A stretch of 49,138 bases of DNA. Source: Pseudomonadota bacterium. Its GTDB lineage: Bacteria; Planctomycetota; UBA8108; UBA1146. This document shows positions 23,596 to 32,560 of this stretch, piece by piece. The stretch's first letter is position 1; the number at the start of each line of letters is the position of its first letter. Location: NCBI GenBank assembly GCA_017859655.1, contig JAFMMO010000001.1:1-49138 (forward strand), given 5' to 3'. The notes beneath the pieces are model-generated. The model was given only the letters and a program-made list of their open reading frames with translations, ran no database searches and had not been told where the DNA came from. The position numbers were made by a program, and so were the translations under genes.

Positions 23596-25113
23596 ATGAA
23601 CCCGACCCGCGACAACGGTCCGACCCGCCCCCCGCTCTGGGTGGCGCTCGCCCTCCTCCTCGGAGGACTGCTGCTGCTGACCCTCGGTGACGAGCCACGC
23701 GCCGAGGCGGCGATGGGACCGCTGGTGATCCCCGCGAGCGTCGATGACGACATTCGCAACGTCTTCGTCGTCTACTCCGTGAACGTGACGGGGGAGATCG
23801 ATGTCTGCGGCTGCAAGCGCAAGAAGGTCCGCCAGGGCTCGATCACGCGCCGCGGCAGCTACATCCGTCAGGCCCGTCACCTGCACCCGTCGCTCGTCGC
23901 CCTCGACGCGGGGAACACCCTGGTCGGCCCGGACGACAAGCGCACCACCGACCTCGAGCTCGCCCAGACGATGGAGAAGGCGAAGGTCCTGATCGAGTCG
24001 TACAACCGTCTCGGCTACGCCGCGATGGGAATCGGGAACTTCGACCTCCTCCTCGGGATGGAGCGCCTCCGCGAGCTCCAGAAGATGGCGAGCTTCCCCC
24101 TGATCTGCGCGAACCTCGTCGACGCCGAGTCGGGAGAGCCGGTCTTCCCCCCCACCCATGAGGTGGAGTCGGGGGGAGTGCGGATCGGCCTGCTCGGACT
24201 CACCCTCGAGGGGATCCCGCAGTACTACCTCGACAAGGCCTCCCCGGATCGCTCCCTGCGCACCCGGGACGTGATCGAGACCGCGCGGCAGTACGTGCCG
24301 GCGCTCGCGGAGCGGAACGATGTGGTCGTGGTCTTCTCGATCAACGATGTCGACCGGAACCGGGAGCTCGCCGAGCAGGTGGAGGGGATCGACTTCCTCG
24401 TCGATCCGCTCATCGAGCTCGGCAACCACAAGCTCTGGGTCGATGACGACAAGCTCATCGAGTCGAAGGCCGACACGAACATCCTGCGCATGGACGCCCA
24501 GGGGGCCCGCGTCGGGACCCTCGACATCTTCGTCCGGCCGAAGCCGAGCCGCCCGATCGTCGATGGGTCCACGGGAGAGGTCCCTCCCGGTCGCAGCGAG
24601 TACTGGTTCGAGAAGATCTCCCTCGAGCCGCACATGCTCGAGGACCCCGAGATCGTCGCCCTCGTCGATGCCTATCGGGCCCAGGCGAGCATCGTCGATG
24701 TCGCCAAGCTGCCGCCGATGCCCCACAAGGACCGTTACCTCACCGCGGACACCTGCAAGGCCTGCCACACCGAGCAGTACGACTTCTGGAAGCGCACGAC
24801 CCACGCCGACGCCTTCGCGAGCCTCGAGGAGACCGGCGATCAGTGGCGCCAGGACTGCATCCCCTGCCATGTCCTCGGCTACGGTCAGGCGTTCCTCGCA
24901 CCGGCGGACGCCGAGCCGTACAAGGATGTCCAGTGCGAGAACTGCCACGGCCTCAATCCCCAGCACCCGCTCGACCCGAAGGGGAACCCGTGGCCGAAGA
25001 TCGAGGAGAAGAGCTGCCTCGTCTGCCACAACAAGGAGCAGACCCGGAGCGACTTCCACTTCTTCAAGGAGAAGCCGAAGATCGCGTGCCCGCCGCTTCA
25101 GCGGACGCCCTGA
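23596..25113 (+). CDS. exported degenerate 5'-nucleotidase/metallophosphoesterase-like protein fused to a tetraheme cytochrome c (Cys-containing paralog)
   Basis: ATG at 23596 with GGAGG 9 nt upstream (alternative ATG at 23581). Signal/TM segment LWVALALLLGGLLLLTLG. The motif GEIDVCGCKRKKV replaces the DxH metal motif. DAGNTLVG and GIGNFD are remnants of phosphoesterase motifs II/III. Four CxxCH sites (TCKACH, DCIPCH, QCENCH, SCLVCH). Confidence 0.85.
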   Translation: MNPTRDNGPTRPPLWVALALLLGGLLLLTLGDEPRAEAAMGPLVIPASVDDDIRNVFVVYSVNVTGEIDVCGCKRKKVRQGSITRRGSYIRQARHLHPSLVALDAGNTLVGPDDKRTTDLELAQTMEKAKVLIESYNRLGYAAMGIGNFDLLLGMERLRELQKMASFPLICANLVDAESGEPVFPPTHEVESGGVRIGLLGLTLEGIPQYYLDKASPDRSLRTRDVIETARQYVPALAERNDVVVVFSINDVDRNRELAEQVEGIDFLVDPLIELGNHKLWVDDDKLIESKADTNILRMDAQGARVGTLDIFVRPKPSRPIVDGSTGEVPPGRSEYWFEKISLEPHMLEDPEIVALVDAYRAQASIVDVAKLPPMPHKDRYLTADTCKACHTEQYDFWKRTTHADAFASLEETGDQWRQDCIPCHVLGYGQAFLAPADAEPYKDVQCENCHGLNPQHPLDPKGNPWPKIEEKSCLVCHNKEQTRSDFHFFKEKPKIACPPLQRTP

Positions 25114-25135
25114 GTCGTCCGCTCGGCTCGGATGA

Positions 25136-25177
25136 GAAGGAGGGGGTGGAGGCCGGGCGGCCTCCACCCCCTCCTTC
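25136..25177. terminator. perfect 19-bp palindromic hairpin at a convergent junction (bidirectional terminator candidate)
   Basis: GAAGGAGGGGGTGGAGGCC gggc GGCCTCCACCCCCTCCTTC, between the stop at 25113 (+) and the stop at 25198 (-). Confidence 0.6.
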
Positions 25178-25197
25178 CATCTCCGGCCCCCCCGGCC

Positions 25198-26580
25198 TCA
25201 GGACCCGGCGGGACCGATCCGCCAGACCGGATCCGGGAGCCGCAGGACCTCATCCGCGCTCCCCACTCCTTCGAGACTCGATCCCCCCGCATCGATGCCA
25301 TCCACCCCCACCGACCAGAGCAGCCGGCGGGCCCGGTCGTAGCGGAGAGGCTCCCCGCTGAACGGATCGAGGGGGAGGGCGTCGAGGGACGGAGTGGCCG
25401 CGAGGAGGCTCTCGAGGTCGGGGGGCAGCTCTCCGTGCACGCGACGGTAGCGGCCCAGGGCGACCATCGTGCATCCGACACTCTCGAGGAGGGCCACCGA
25501 CTCCACCTGCTCGAAGCGGCCGGCGAAGCCGGGGAGGATGATGTCGAGGAAGCGGACCCCCGCGTTCCCCTGAACGAGCACCTGCCAGAGGGGGGTCTTC
25601 TCCGGAGGGGCGGGAGCGGGTCGGCTCCGTCGCTCGACCGGAGTGAGACGCACCTCCTCGATGAGCGCGCGGAAGTGATCGGCGAGGAGCGCCCGCGTCG
25701 CGTTCGGCTTGAAGAAGGGTCCGGCCAGCGCGACCTCCTGCTGGACGGTGCTGCGGTGCTCCGGAGCGCAGATCGTGTTCGCGCTCGTCCAGTACTCATG
25801 CCGAAGGCTCTCGGCGAAGCGCTCCCGCAGCCGCGGTCCCGCCGGCGGGCGGGCGAGGAGGCGCCCCTCCACCTCCGGATCGAGGGGGGGCCCATCAGGG
25901 TCGATGCTCTCCTGCGCGAGGGCGATGAGCTGCTCCCACGCGGGGCGATGGACCGCGATCCCCACGAGCATCCAGATCAGCGCGGTGTTCCCCTCGTTCA
26001 CGGTCCGATCGGCGAGCCGGATCCCCCTCTCGATCCGGCGCGAGCTCTCGGCGAGATCCCCATCGAGGCGCGCGGCGAGCCCCCACACCCGGATCGCCAT
26101 GGCGAGGTCGCGGATCCCCGAGATCTCGGGGATCGGATCGAGGAAGGTCTCCAGGCTCTCGACCCCGAAGACCGGCAGGTCGAGCGCGGCATCGACCGCG
26201 GGGGCGCTCGGCCCGCCCGCCTCGATGAGCTCTTCGAGGACGGCGCGCTCGACGCTCCACGCCTCGGGATCGAGAGGTGTCGGACCGAAGGGGTCGGCTG
26301 CCCCCGCCTCGATGCGGTCATCGAACCACGACTCGGCTCGCTCCGCCGCGCGCCCGAGGCGGTCGAGCTCCTCGACCGCGGTCTGCACGGTCCCGGGAGG
26401 ATTCCGGACGGGAGTCGGCTCGAGGTCGGCATCGTCGATCGGGGGGATGTCCTGCAGCCAGACTGCCGCGGCGGCGACAAAGAGCAGGAGGAGCAGCCCG
26501 CACCCGATCCATCCCCGCCTCTTCGAGCTTCGCATCCCGTCCGTGGGGCAATCCTCGGTCGGCGCGAGGTCGGCTTCCAT
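25198..26580 (-). CDS. N-terminally membrane-anchored helical protein, unknown function
   Basis: ATG at 26580 with GAAGGAG 8 nt upstream. TM segment GWIGCGLLLLLFVAAAAVWL. The rest has protein-like, non-repetitive composition, ending in a DPFSGEPLRYD motif that resembles pseudopilin-type DPWG motifs. No family recognised. Confidence 0.6.
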   Translation of the reverse strand: MEADLAPTEDCPTDGMRSSKRRGWIGCGLLLLLFVAAAAVWLQDIPPIDDADLEPTPVRNPPGTVQTAVEELDRLGRAAERAESWFDDRIEAGAADPFGPTPLDPEAWSVERAVLEELIEAGGPSAPAVDAALDLPVFGVESLETFLDPIPEISGIRDLAMAIRVWGLAARLDGDLAESSRRIERGIRLADRTVNEGNTALIWMLVGIAVHRPAWEQLIALAQESIDPDGPPLDPEVEGRLLARPPAGPRLRERFAESLRHEYWTSANTICAPEHRSTVQQEVALAGPFFKPNATRALLADHFRALIEEVRLTPVERRSRPAPAPPEKTPLWQVLVQGNAGVRFLDIILPGFAGRFEQVESVALLESVGCTMVALGRYRRVHGELPPDLESLLAATPSLDALPLDPFSGEPLRYDRARRLLWSVGVDGIDAGGSSLEGVGSADEVLRLPDPVWRIGPAGS

Positions 26581-26710
26581 GGCTGCAGCTCCTTCTCTGG
26601 TTCCGGTTTCCCAAGGAGAGACTCACCGATCGGAGTGGGGAAGGGAAGCCCCTCCGGTGCCCATCCACCCGCTCTCCGGTTAGGGTGCGCGCTCCGAAAC
26701 CGGAGGAATC

Positions 26711-29401
26711 ATGGTCCCCATCCACATCCGTGTCCTTCTCACCACCCTCGCCCTCCTTGGCAGCCTCACCTCCGCTCGGCTCCCCGCCGCGGAGGAGTTT
26801 CAATCCCGCTTCGAGGAGCAGGTCGACCGGATCTGGGTCGGACCGGAGTTCCAGGCGTGCCGTCATCAGGACTGGCGGGTGAGGGGCGGCTGGCTCGAGT
26901 GCGCCGAGGCGCGGGCCCGCTACCCGATGCGCACCTGCTCCCTCCTCGCCCGGGAGATCGATCCCGCCCGGGGAGGCTTCTCCCTTCGGGCCGAGGTGCG
27001 TCCCATCACGAGCGAGCCGACCACCGCGCCGCGGGCCGCGGGGTTCCTCGTGGGAGTCGGGGACCTCGACACGGACCCGCGGCTGCGGGCGCTGGTGCAG
27101 GGGGTGCCCGCCCCCGGAGGCGGTCTCCTCGCGGTCGTCGACGAGCGGGGGAGGGCCTCCTTTCGCGACTTCTCCACGCGGCCGGCGCGGGTCGGCTTCT
27201 GGAGCATCGATGGGCCCCTCGCGGAAGATGCCTGCGGGCCGCTCCCCGGCGTGACCCTCCAGGGGGAGGGACTCGAGGGGAGCTGGCAGGATGAGCATCT
27301 CCTCCTCGTGCTCGAGGTCGAGACCGCCGCCGCGGAGACGGTGCGGCTCACCCTGAGAGTGCTGCGCGACGGGGGCGACGAGCTCTCCCGCGCCGTGGTC
27401 GATGGCATCCCGAGGGCGCGCCTCGCCGGCTCGATCTCCCTCCTCAGTCACGGCGGCGGCGCCGGGCACGGCTTCCGGCGGGTGAGGCTGGACGGTCCGG
27501 GCGTCGTCGACACCCCGGAGAGCACGGTCGGTCCCGTGATCGGAGTGTTCTACACCGTCGACCCCGACGCCCTGAAGCTGACCGCCCAGCTCCCGCCCCT
27601 CGGCCCCGAGGATCCTCCGACCGCGGAGCTGCAGCTGCTCGGGGATGACGGAGAGTGGACAACGGTGGCGACCGCTCCCCGTCGGCCCCTCTCCGACACC
27701 TGCCACTTCCGGGTCGACCGCCACCCCGCGGTCCGGGATACGGCGTTTCGCGTCGTCACGGCCCTCGCCCGGCGCGAGGGGGAGCCGCTCCGCTACACCT
27801 ACGACGGCACGATTCGAGGAGAGCCGGCCTCGGGGGACCCCCTCGACATCGCCCTGATCAGCTGCGTGAAGAACTACACCGGCGACCTCGCCTGGAGCTC
27901 GAGCCGGATCTGGTATCCCCACGCGGAGGTGGTCGATGCGATCCTCGCGAGCGAGCCCGACCTGCTCCTCTGCGCCGGGGACCAGATCTACGAGGGGGAC
28001 CTCAGCGGGCCGGACCGATCATCGGAGACCGCGACACGCCTCGACTTCCAGACGAAGTGGCAGCGCTTCCTCCTCGCCTTCGGATCGATCACCCGCTGCA
28101 CCCCCACCGTCGTCATCCCGGATGATCACGATGTCTTCCACGGGAACCTGTGGGGGGCCGGGAACGAGCGCGGGCCGGCCGTGAAGGGGATGACGGTCCA
28201 GGACCGCGGGGGCTACAAGCTCTCCCCGGAGCTCGTGAACATGGTCCACGACGCCCAGACCGGCCATCTCCCCGACCCGGTCGACCCGGCTCCGATCGCC
28301 GGAGGGATCCGTCCCTACTTCACCCGCCTCGAGTACGGAGGGCTGTCCCTCGCGATCATCGGGGATCGAATGTGGAAGAGCGCACCGAGCGTCGTCCTCC
28401 CCGAGGGGCAGATCGTCAATGGCTGGGCCCGGAACCCCGAGTTCGACTGGGTCCGCGACGGGGATCCTCCCGGGGCGGTCCTCCTCGGCGAGCGGCAGGA
28501 GTCTTTCCTCGCGGACTGGGTCGTCGACTACTCCCACGAGGCGCGCTGGAAGGTCCTCCTCGGGCAGAGCGTCTTCGCGAACGTCGCGACCCTGCCCCCC
28601 CCGGCGAACTCCGATGCCGTGGTCCCCGGGCTCCCGATGCCGGAGAAGGGGGAGTACCCCGAGGGGGAGCTCGTCGCCGCCGACGGGGACTCGAACGGCT
28701 GGCCGCGGACGCCCCGCAACCGCGCCGTCGGCATCCTGACCCGGGGCTCGGCGCTGCACCTCAGCGGTGACCAGCATCTCGCGAGCGTCATCCGCTATGG
28801 GATCGACCGGCCGGGAGATGCCGGGATCGCCTTCGGAGGCCCCTCGGTCGCGAACACCTGGCCCCGTCGGTGGTTCCCCTCCACTCCCGGCCTGAACCGC
28901 GCCCCCGGCGCTCCGGCGTACACCGGTGACTTCCTGGACGGCTTCGGCAACCCGATGCGCGTCCTCGCCGTCGCGAACCCGGCGAAGACCGGCCGGGAGC
29001 CCGCGCTCCTGCACGACCGGGTCCCCGGGTTCGCCCTCGTCCGCCTCGACCCGGGAAGCTCATCGGTCACCCTGGAGTGCTGGCCTCGCGGCGTCGACCC
29101 TCTCGACCCGGAGGCGCAGCAGTACTCCGGCTGGCCGATCACGATCTCGGCGCGGGAGCTCGATGGGCGGGAGCCCTGGGGGACCCTCATCCCGGTGACC
29201 TCTCCTCCCGATCGCGCCGTCCCCCTCGTCGTGCGCGTCCGTCGGGAGCCGGGCGGCGAGATCATCGCGGCGCGCCGCCTCGCTCCCGGGGAGACCTGGC
29301 ACCCCCCCGTCTTTGAGCCGGGGACCTACACCGTCGAGAGCGGCGACGGAGAGGGGCCCTGGCGGGTGAGCCGGGGTCAGGGCGCCGTTCCCCGCCGCTG
29401 A
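26711..29401 (+). CDS. secreted PhoD-like metallophosphatase with large N-terminal domain of unknown function
   Basis: GGAGGAATC precedes the ATG. Signal peptide MVPIHIRVLLTTLALLGSLTSARLPAA. Phosphoesterase motifs LLLCAGDQIYEGD, VVIPDDHDVFHGNLWG and HLSGDQHLASV. Confidence 0.7.
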   Translation: MVPIHIRVLLTTLALLGSLTSARLPAAEEFQSRFEEQVDRIWVGPEFQACRHQDWRVRGGWLECAEARARYPMRTCSLLAREIDPARGGFSLRAEVRPITSEPTTAPRAAGFLVGVGDLDTDPRLRALVQGVPAPGGGLLAVVDERGRASFRDFSTRPARVGFWSIDGPLAEDACGPLPGVTLQGEGLEGSWQDEHLLLVLEVETAAAETVRLTLRVLRDGGDELSRAVVDGIPRARLAGSISLLSHGGGAGHGFRRVRLDGPGVVDTPESTVGPVIGVFYTVDPDALKLTAQLPPLGPEDPPTAELQLLGDDGEWTTVATAPRRPLSDTCHFRVDRHPAVRDTAFRVVTALARREGEPLRYTYDGTIRGEPASGDPLDIALISCVKNYTGDLAWSSSRIWYPHAEVVDAILASEPDLLLCAGDQIYEGDLSGPDRSSETATRLDFQTKWQRFLLAFGSITRCTPTVVIPDDHDVFHGNLWGAGNERGPAVKGMTVQDRGGYKLSPELVNMVHDAQTGHLPDPVDPAPIAGGIRPYFTRLEYGGLSLAIIGDRMWKSAPSVVLPEGQIVNGWARNPEFDWVRDGDPPGAVLLGERQESFLADWVVDYSHEARWKVLLGQSVFANVATLPPPANSDAVVPGLPMPEKGEYPEGELVAADGDSNGWPRTPRNRAVGILTRGSALHLSGDQHLASVIRYGIDRPGDAGIAFGGPSVANTWPRRWFPSTPGLNRAPGAPAYTGDFLDGFGNPMRVLAVANPAKTGREPALLHDRVPGFALVRLDPGSSSVTLECWPRGVDPLDPEAQQYSGWPITISARELDGREPWGTLIPVTSPPDRAVPLVVRVRREPGGEIIAARRLAPGETWHPPVFEPGTYTVESGDGEGPWRVSRGQGAVPRR

Positions 29402-29568
29402 CGGCTCGCGATCCGCCGACGCGGGGGCAGAGGGACGGACGAGGGGTCGGGGGGGCCGATGGGCGGAAATCCCCGCCCCCTGCGGTACGATGGAGAGCGC
29501 GGACCTCCGCCGGCTGGGGGGTGTCCCCCGCCGGCCGCTCGCACCCGCCTTCTGCCGAGGAGCCCCCG

Positions 29569-32430
29569 ATGTCCCTCACTCCCGCCCACTCCCGAAGAGC
29601 GGCAGCGACCGCGCGCGGGGCGGCCGGAGGGCGGACGCTGCTGCCTCTGCTGGGGGTGCTCATCCTGCTGGCTTCGCCGGTCGTGGCGAACGACCCGTCC
29701 TCGGCGAGGGGGGCATCCGCCCCGCTCCCCCGGAGCTCGGTCCATGGACTCCGGATCCCCGATCGACTGGCGCTCATCATGGAGGAGCCGGGTCCCCGGC
29801 TCCCCGACTCCCTTGTGTCCACCCTCGCCTCCCATCGGAGTCGGGCCACCCTCGCGGAGGGGCACCCGCGCCTCTGGTTCATCGAGCTCCCCGCGGAGGA
29901 AGCGCCGGTGCAGCACCGCGCTCAGCACCGTGCACAGCGCCGGGAGCTCCTCCGGGAGCTCCGAGCCCTCCCCGAGGTCCGGTGCATCGGTGAGGTCCAT
30001 GAGAACTCCGCTGCGGTCGGTCTCCGCGAGCCGGTGCTCGTGATTCCGCTCCCGGAGCTCCTCGTCGAGCTCTCGTCGGGAGCATCGAGGGAGGAAATCG
30101 CGGCGCGACTCGCGGCGATCGGGCTCGAGCACGTCGCCCACTTCCCCTCCCTCCGGGGAGGCATCCTCCACCTCCGGCATGGAGGTCTCCCCGCGGAGAG
30201 CGCCGCTCTGGCCGCGCAGATCTCCGGTTGGGACGGGATCCACAGCGCGGAGGTGAACGTCCTCGAGGGCTTCCCCCCCCTGAGCATTCCGAACGACCCT
30301 CTCTTCCCGCAGCAGTGGTCTCTGAGGAACACGGGCCAGGGAGGGGGCTGGACCCCCGGCGCCGATCTGAACGCTCCCTCCGCGTGGGACCTCGCCACCG
30401 GCGACCCCTCGGTGACCATCGCGATCATCGATGAGGGGGTCGATGTCACGCACCCCGACCTCGCCTCTCGGGTGTTGCCGGGGCACGACGCCACCGACCA
30501 GCCCTCCCCCGCCGCGATCCCCGGGAACTGCGCCCCCGCGGACGAGCACGGCACCGCGTGCGCGGGGATCGCGGCCGCCGCCGGGAACGACGGCGCCGGC
30601 ATGACGGGTGTCTGCTGGAACGCCTCGATCCTGCCGGTGCGGGTGGGCTACGGCGCCTACTGGTCCCAGCTCTCGTGGCAGGTCGATGCGATCACCTGGG
30701 CCGCGGATCAGGGCGCGGACATCCTCTCGAACTCCTGGGGGAGCTCGATCCCCTCCGCGTCGGTCCGCTCCGCCATCGAGTACGCGACGACGAGCGGCCG
30801 CGGCGGACTCGGCGCCGTCGTCCTCTTCGCCGCGGGAAACAGCGACGGCCCGATCGTCTACCCCGCGAAGCACCCCGCCGCGATCGCGGTCGGAGCGAGC
30901 AGCCCCTGCGACGAGCGCTGCAGCCCGGCCTCCTGCGACAACGAGGTCTTCTGGGGGAGCTGCCACGGCCTCGAGCTCGATCTCGTCGCCCCCGGAGCGG
31001 CGCTCGTGACCGCCGACAATGTCGGTCCCGCGGGGGGTGGCGCCGGGGACTACCTCTTCGGCTTCAACGGGACCTCCGCCGCCTGCCCTCATGTGGCGGG
31101 CGCGGCCGCGCTCCTGCTCTCCCTCCGCCCCGACCTCGATGCGGTGCAGGTGCGGAGCCACCTCATCTCCGCCGGACGCGACCTTGTCGGAGTCCCGGCC
31201 GAGGACACCAGCGGCTGGGATCCGTACATGGGCTGGGGGCGTCTCGATCTCCGCCTCCTCCTCGAGTCCGCGCTCGGGCCCGCTCCCCCCGGGAGCCTGA
31301 CCTGCACGCCGAGCGGCACCGCCGTCCTCCTCGAGTGGACCGTCCCGCCCGGTGTCTCCTACGACCACTACGAGCTGCGGCGAAACGGAGATCTCATCGC
31401 CGCGGTCCCTGGCGACGCCCTGCTCCACACCGAGCCCGCGCTCCCCCCCGGGAGCCATCAGTACGCTCTCCGCGGCGTCGCCTCGGGGGTGCGCACGCCG
31501 ATGGCGACCTGCACGACCTTCGTCTCCGGCGGAGCGAGCGATCTCGTCTGGACCCCTCCGACCGCGGTCGGTCCGGTCGACGGCGGGGCGGCGATCTCCG
31601 CCGCGCTCATCGCGAACGGCCGTACCCCCGTGGCGACGGAGGACCTCCTCTCCGTCGGTGACCTGGACCCCTTCTCCCGGATCTGGGTCACCCTCGGCAC
31701 GAGCCCCGCGAAGCATGTCCTGAGCGAGCCCGAGGCGGCGCTCCTCCTCGACTACCTGACGAACGGCGTCGGAGGCTCGAGCCTCTACCTCGAGGGCGCC
31801 GACACCTGGGTGGAGGATCCCGTGACGAGCCTCCATCCGCTCTTCGGGATCGACGGGTCCTTCGGGGGCCTCGCCGACCTCGACACGATCACCGGCGTCG
31901 ACATCGGCGTCGCCGATCTCTCCGGACTCTCCATGGACTACGACGGGGAGAACAGCTCCATCGACCGACTGATCCCCGTCCCTCCTGCGGCGACGCTGTT
32001 GCGGAACGGACCGACGAGCGTCTACGACGTGGCGATCCACCGGGAGACTATCGAGTATCGCACCATCGGGGCCAGCCTCGAGTTCGGGGGGCTTCAGGAG
32101 AGCGGGGGAGCGACCCGAGCCGCAGTGATGGCGGAGCTCCTCGCGGCGCTCACCGGACCCTCGACCCCGTTCCTGCGCGGGGATGCGGACGGCAGCGGAT
32201 CGATCGATGTCGCCGACGCGATCCTGATCCTGGAGCAGCTGTTCCTCGGAGGCGGCAGCAGTTGCCTCGACGCGCTCGATGTGAACGACAGCGGCAGCCT
32301 GAACATCGCCGATGCCATCGCGGCCCTCGGATACCTCTTCTCCGGCGCCGCTCCCCCCGCTCCGCCCTTCCCCACCCCGGGCCCGGATCCGACCGACAAC
32401 GACCCGCTCGACTGCGCCTCCTGGCCCTGA
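29569..32430 (+). CDS. secreted subtilisin-like (S8) serine protease with Fn3-like module, ~220-aa shared module and C-terminal dockerin-like module
   Basis: GAGGAG precedes the ATG at 29569. Signal peptide RTLLPLLGVLILLASPVVA. Triad motifs IAIIDEGVDVTHPDL, HGTACAGIAAA and GTSAACPHVAGAAAL. Same post-catalytic architecture as the 14388 gene but without the cohesin-like modules. Confidence 0.9.
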   Translation: MSLTPAHSRRAAATARGAAGGRTLLPLLGVLILLASPVVANDPSSARGASAPLPRSSVHGLRIPDRLALIMEEPGPRLPDSLVSTLASHRSRATLAEGHPRLWFIELPAEEAPVQHRAQHRAQRRELLRELRALPEVRCIGEVHENSAAVGLREPVLVIPLPELLVELSSGASREEIAARLAAIGLEHVAHFPSLRGGILHLRHGGLPAESAALAAQISGWDGIHSAEVNVLEGFPPLSIPNDPLFPQQWSLRNTGQGGGWTPGADLNAPSAWDLATGDPSVTIAIIDEGVDVTHPDLASRVLPGHDATDQPSPAAIPGNCAPADEHGTACAGIAAAAGNDGAGMTGVCWNASILPVRVGYGAYWSQLSWQVDAITWAADQGADILSNSWGSSIPSASVRSAIEYATTSGRGGLGAVVLFAAGNSDGPIVYPAKHPAAIAVGASSPCDERCSPASCDNEVFWGSCHGLELDLVAPGAALVTADNVGPAGGGAGDYLFGFNGTSAACPHVAGAAALLLSLRPDLDAVQVRSHLISAGRDLVGVPAEDTSGWDPYMGWGRLDLRLLLESALGPAPPGSLTCTPSGTAVLLEWTVPPGVSYDHYELRRNGDLIAAVPGDALLHTEPALPPGSHQYALRGVASGVRTPMATCTTFVSGGASDLVWTPPTAVGPVDGGAAISAALIANGRTPVATEDLLSVGDLDPFSRIWVTLGTSPAKHVLSEPEAALLLDYLTNGVGGSSLYLEGADTWVEDPVTSLHPLFGIDGSFGGLADLDTITGVDIGVADLSGLSMDYDGENSSIDRLIPVPPAATLLRNGPTSVYDVAIHRETIEYRTIGASLEFGGLQESGGATRAAVMAELLAALTGPSTPFLRGDADGSGSIDVADAILILEQLFLGGGSSCLDALDVNDSGSLNIADAIAALGYLFSGAAPPAPPFPTPGPDPTDNDPLDCASWP
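32170..32427 (+). other. dockerin-like module (domain within S8 protease 2)
   Basis: FLRGDADGSGSIDVADAILILEQLFLGGGSSCLDALDVNDSGSLNIADAIAALGYLFSGAAPPAPPFPTPGPDPTDNDPLDCASWP. Confidence 0.65.
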
Positions 32431-32560
32431 TCCCCCGGGAACCGATCCCCACCCCGCCGGGATCACCGGGGCTGCCGGGCGCTTCGTGCTATCCTCCGCG
32501 CGGAGGCGCCGGACCGGCAGGCGCCCCTCCGGCCGTCCCCCTCCCCGGTGCGAGGTCTCC

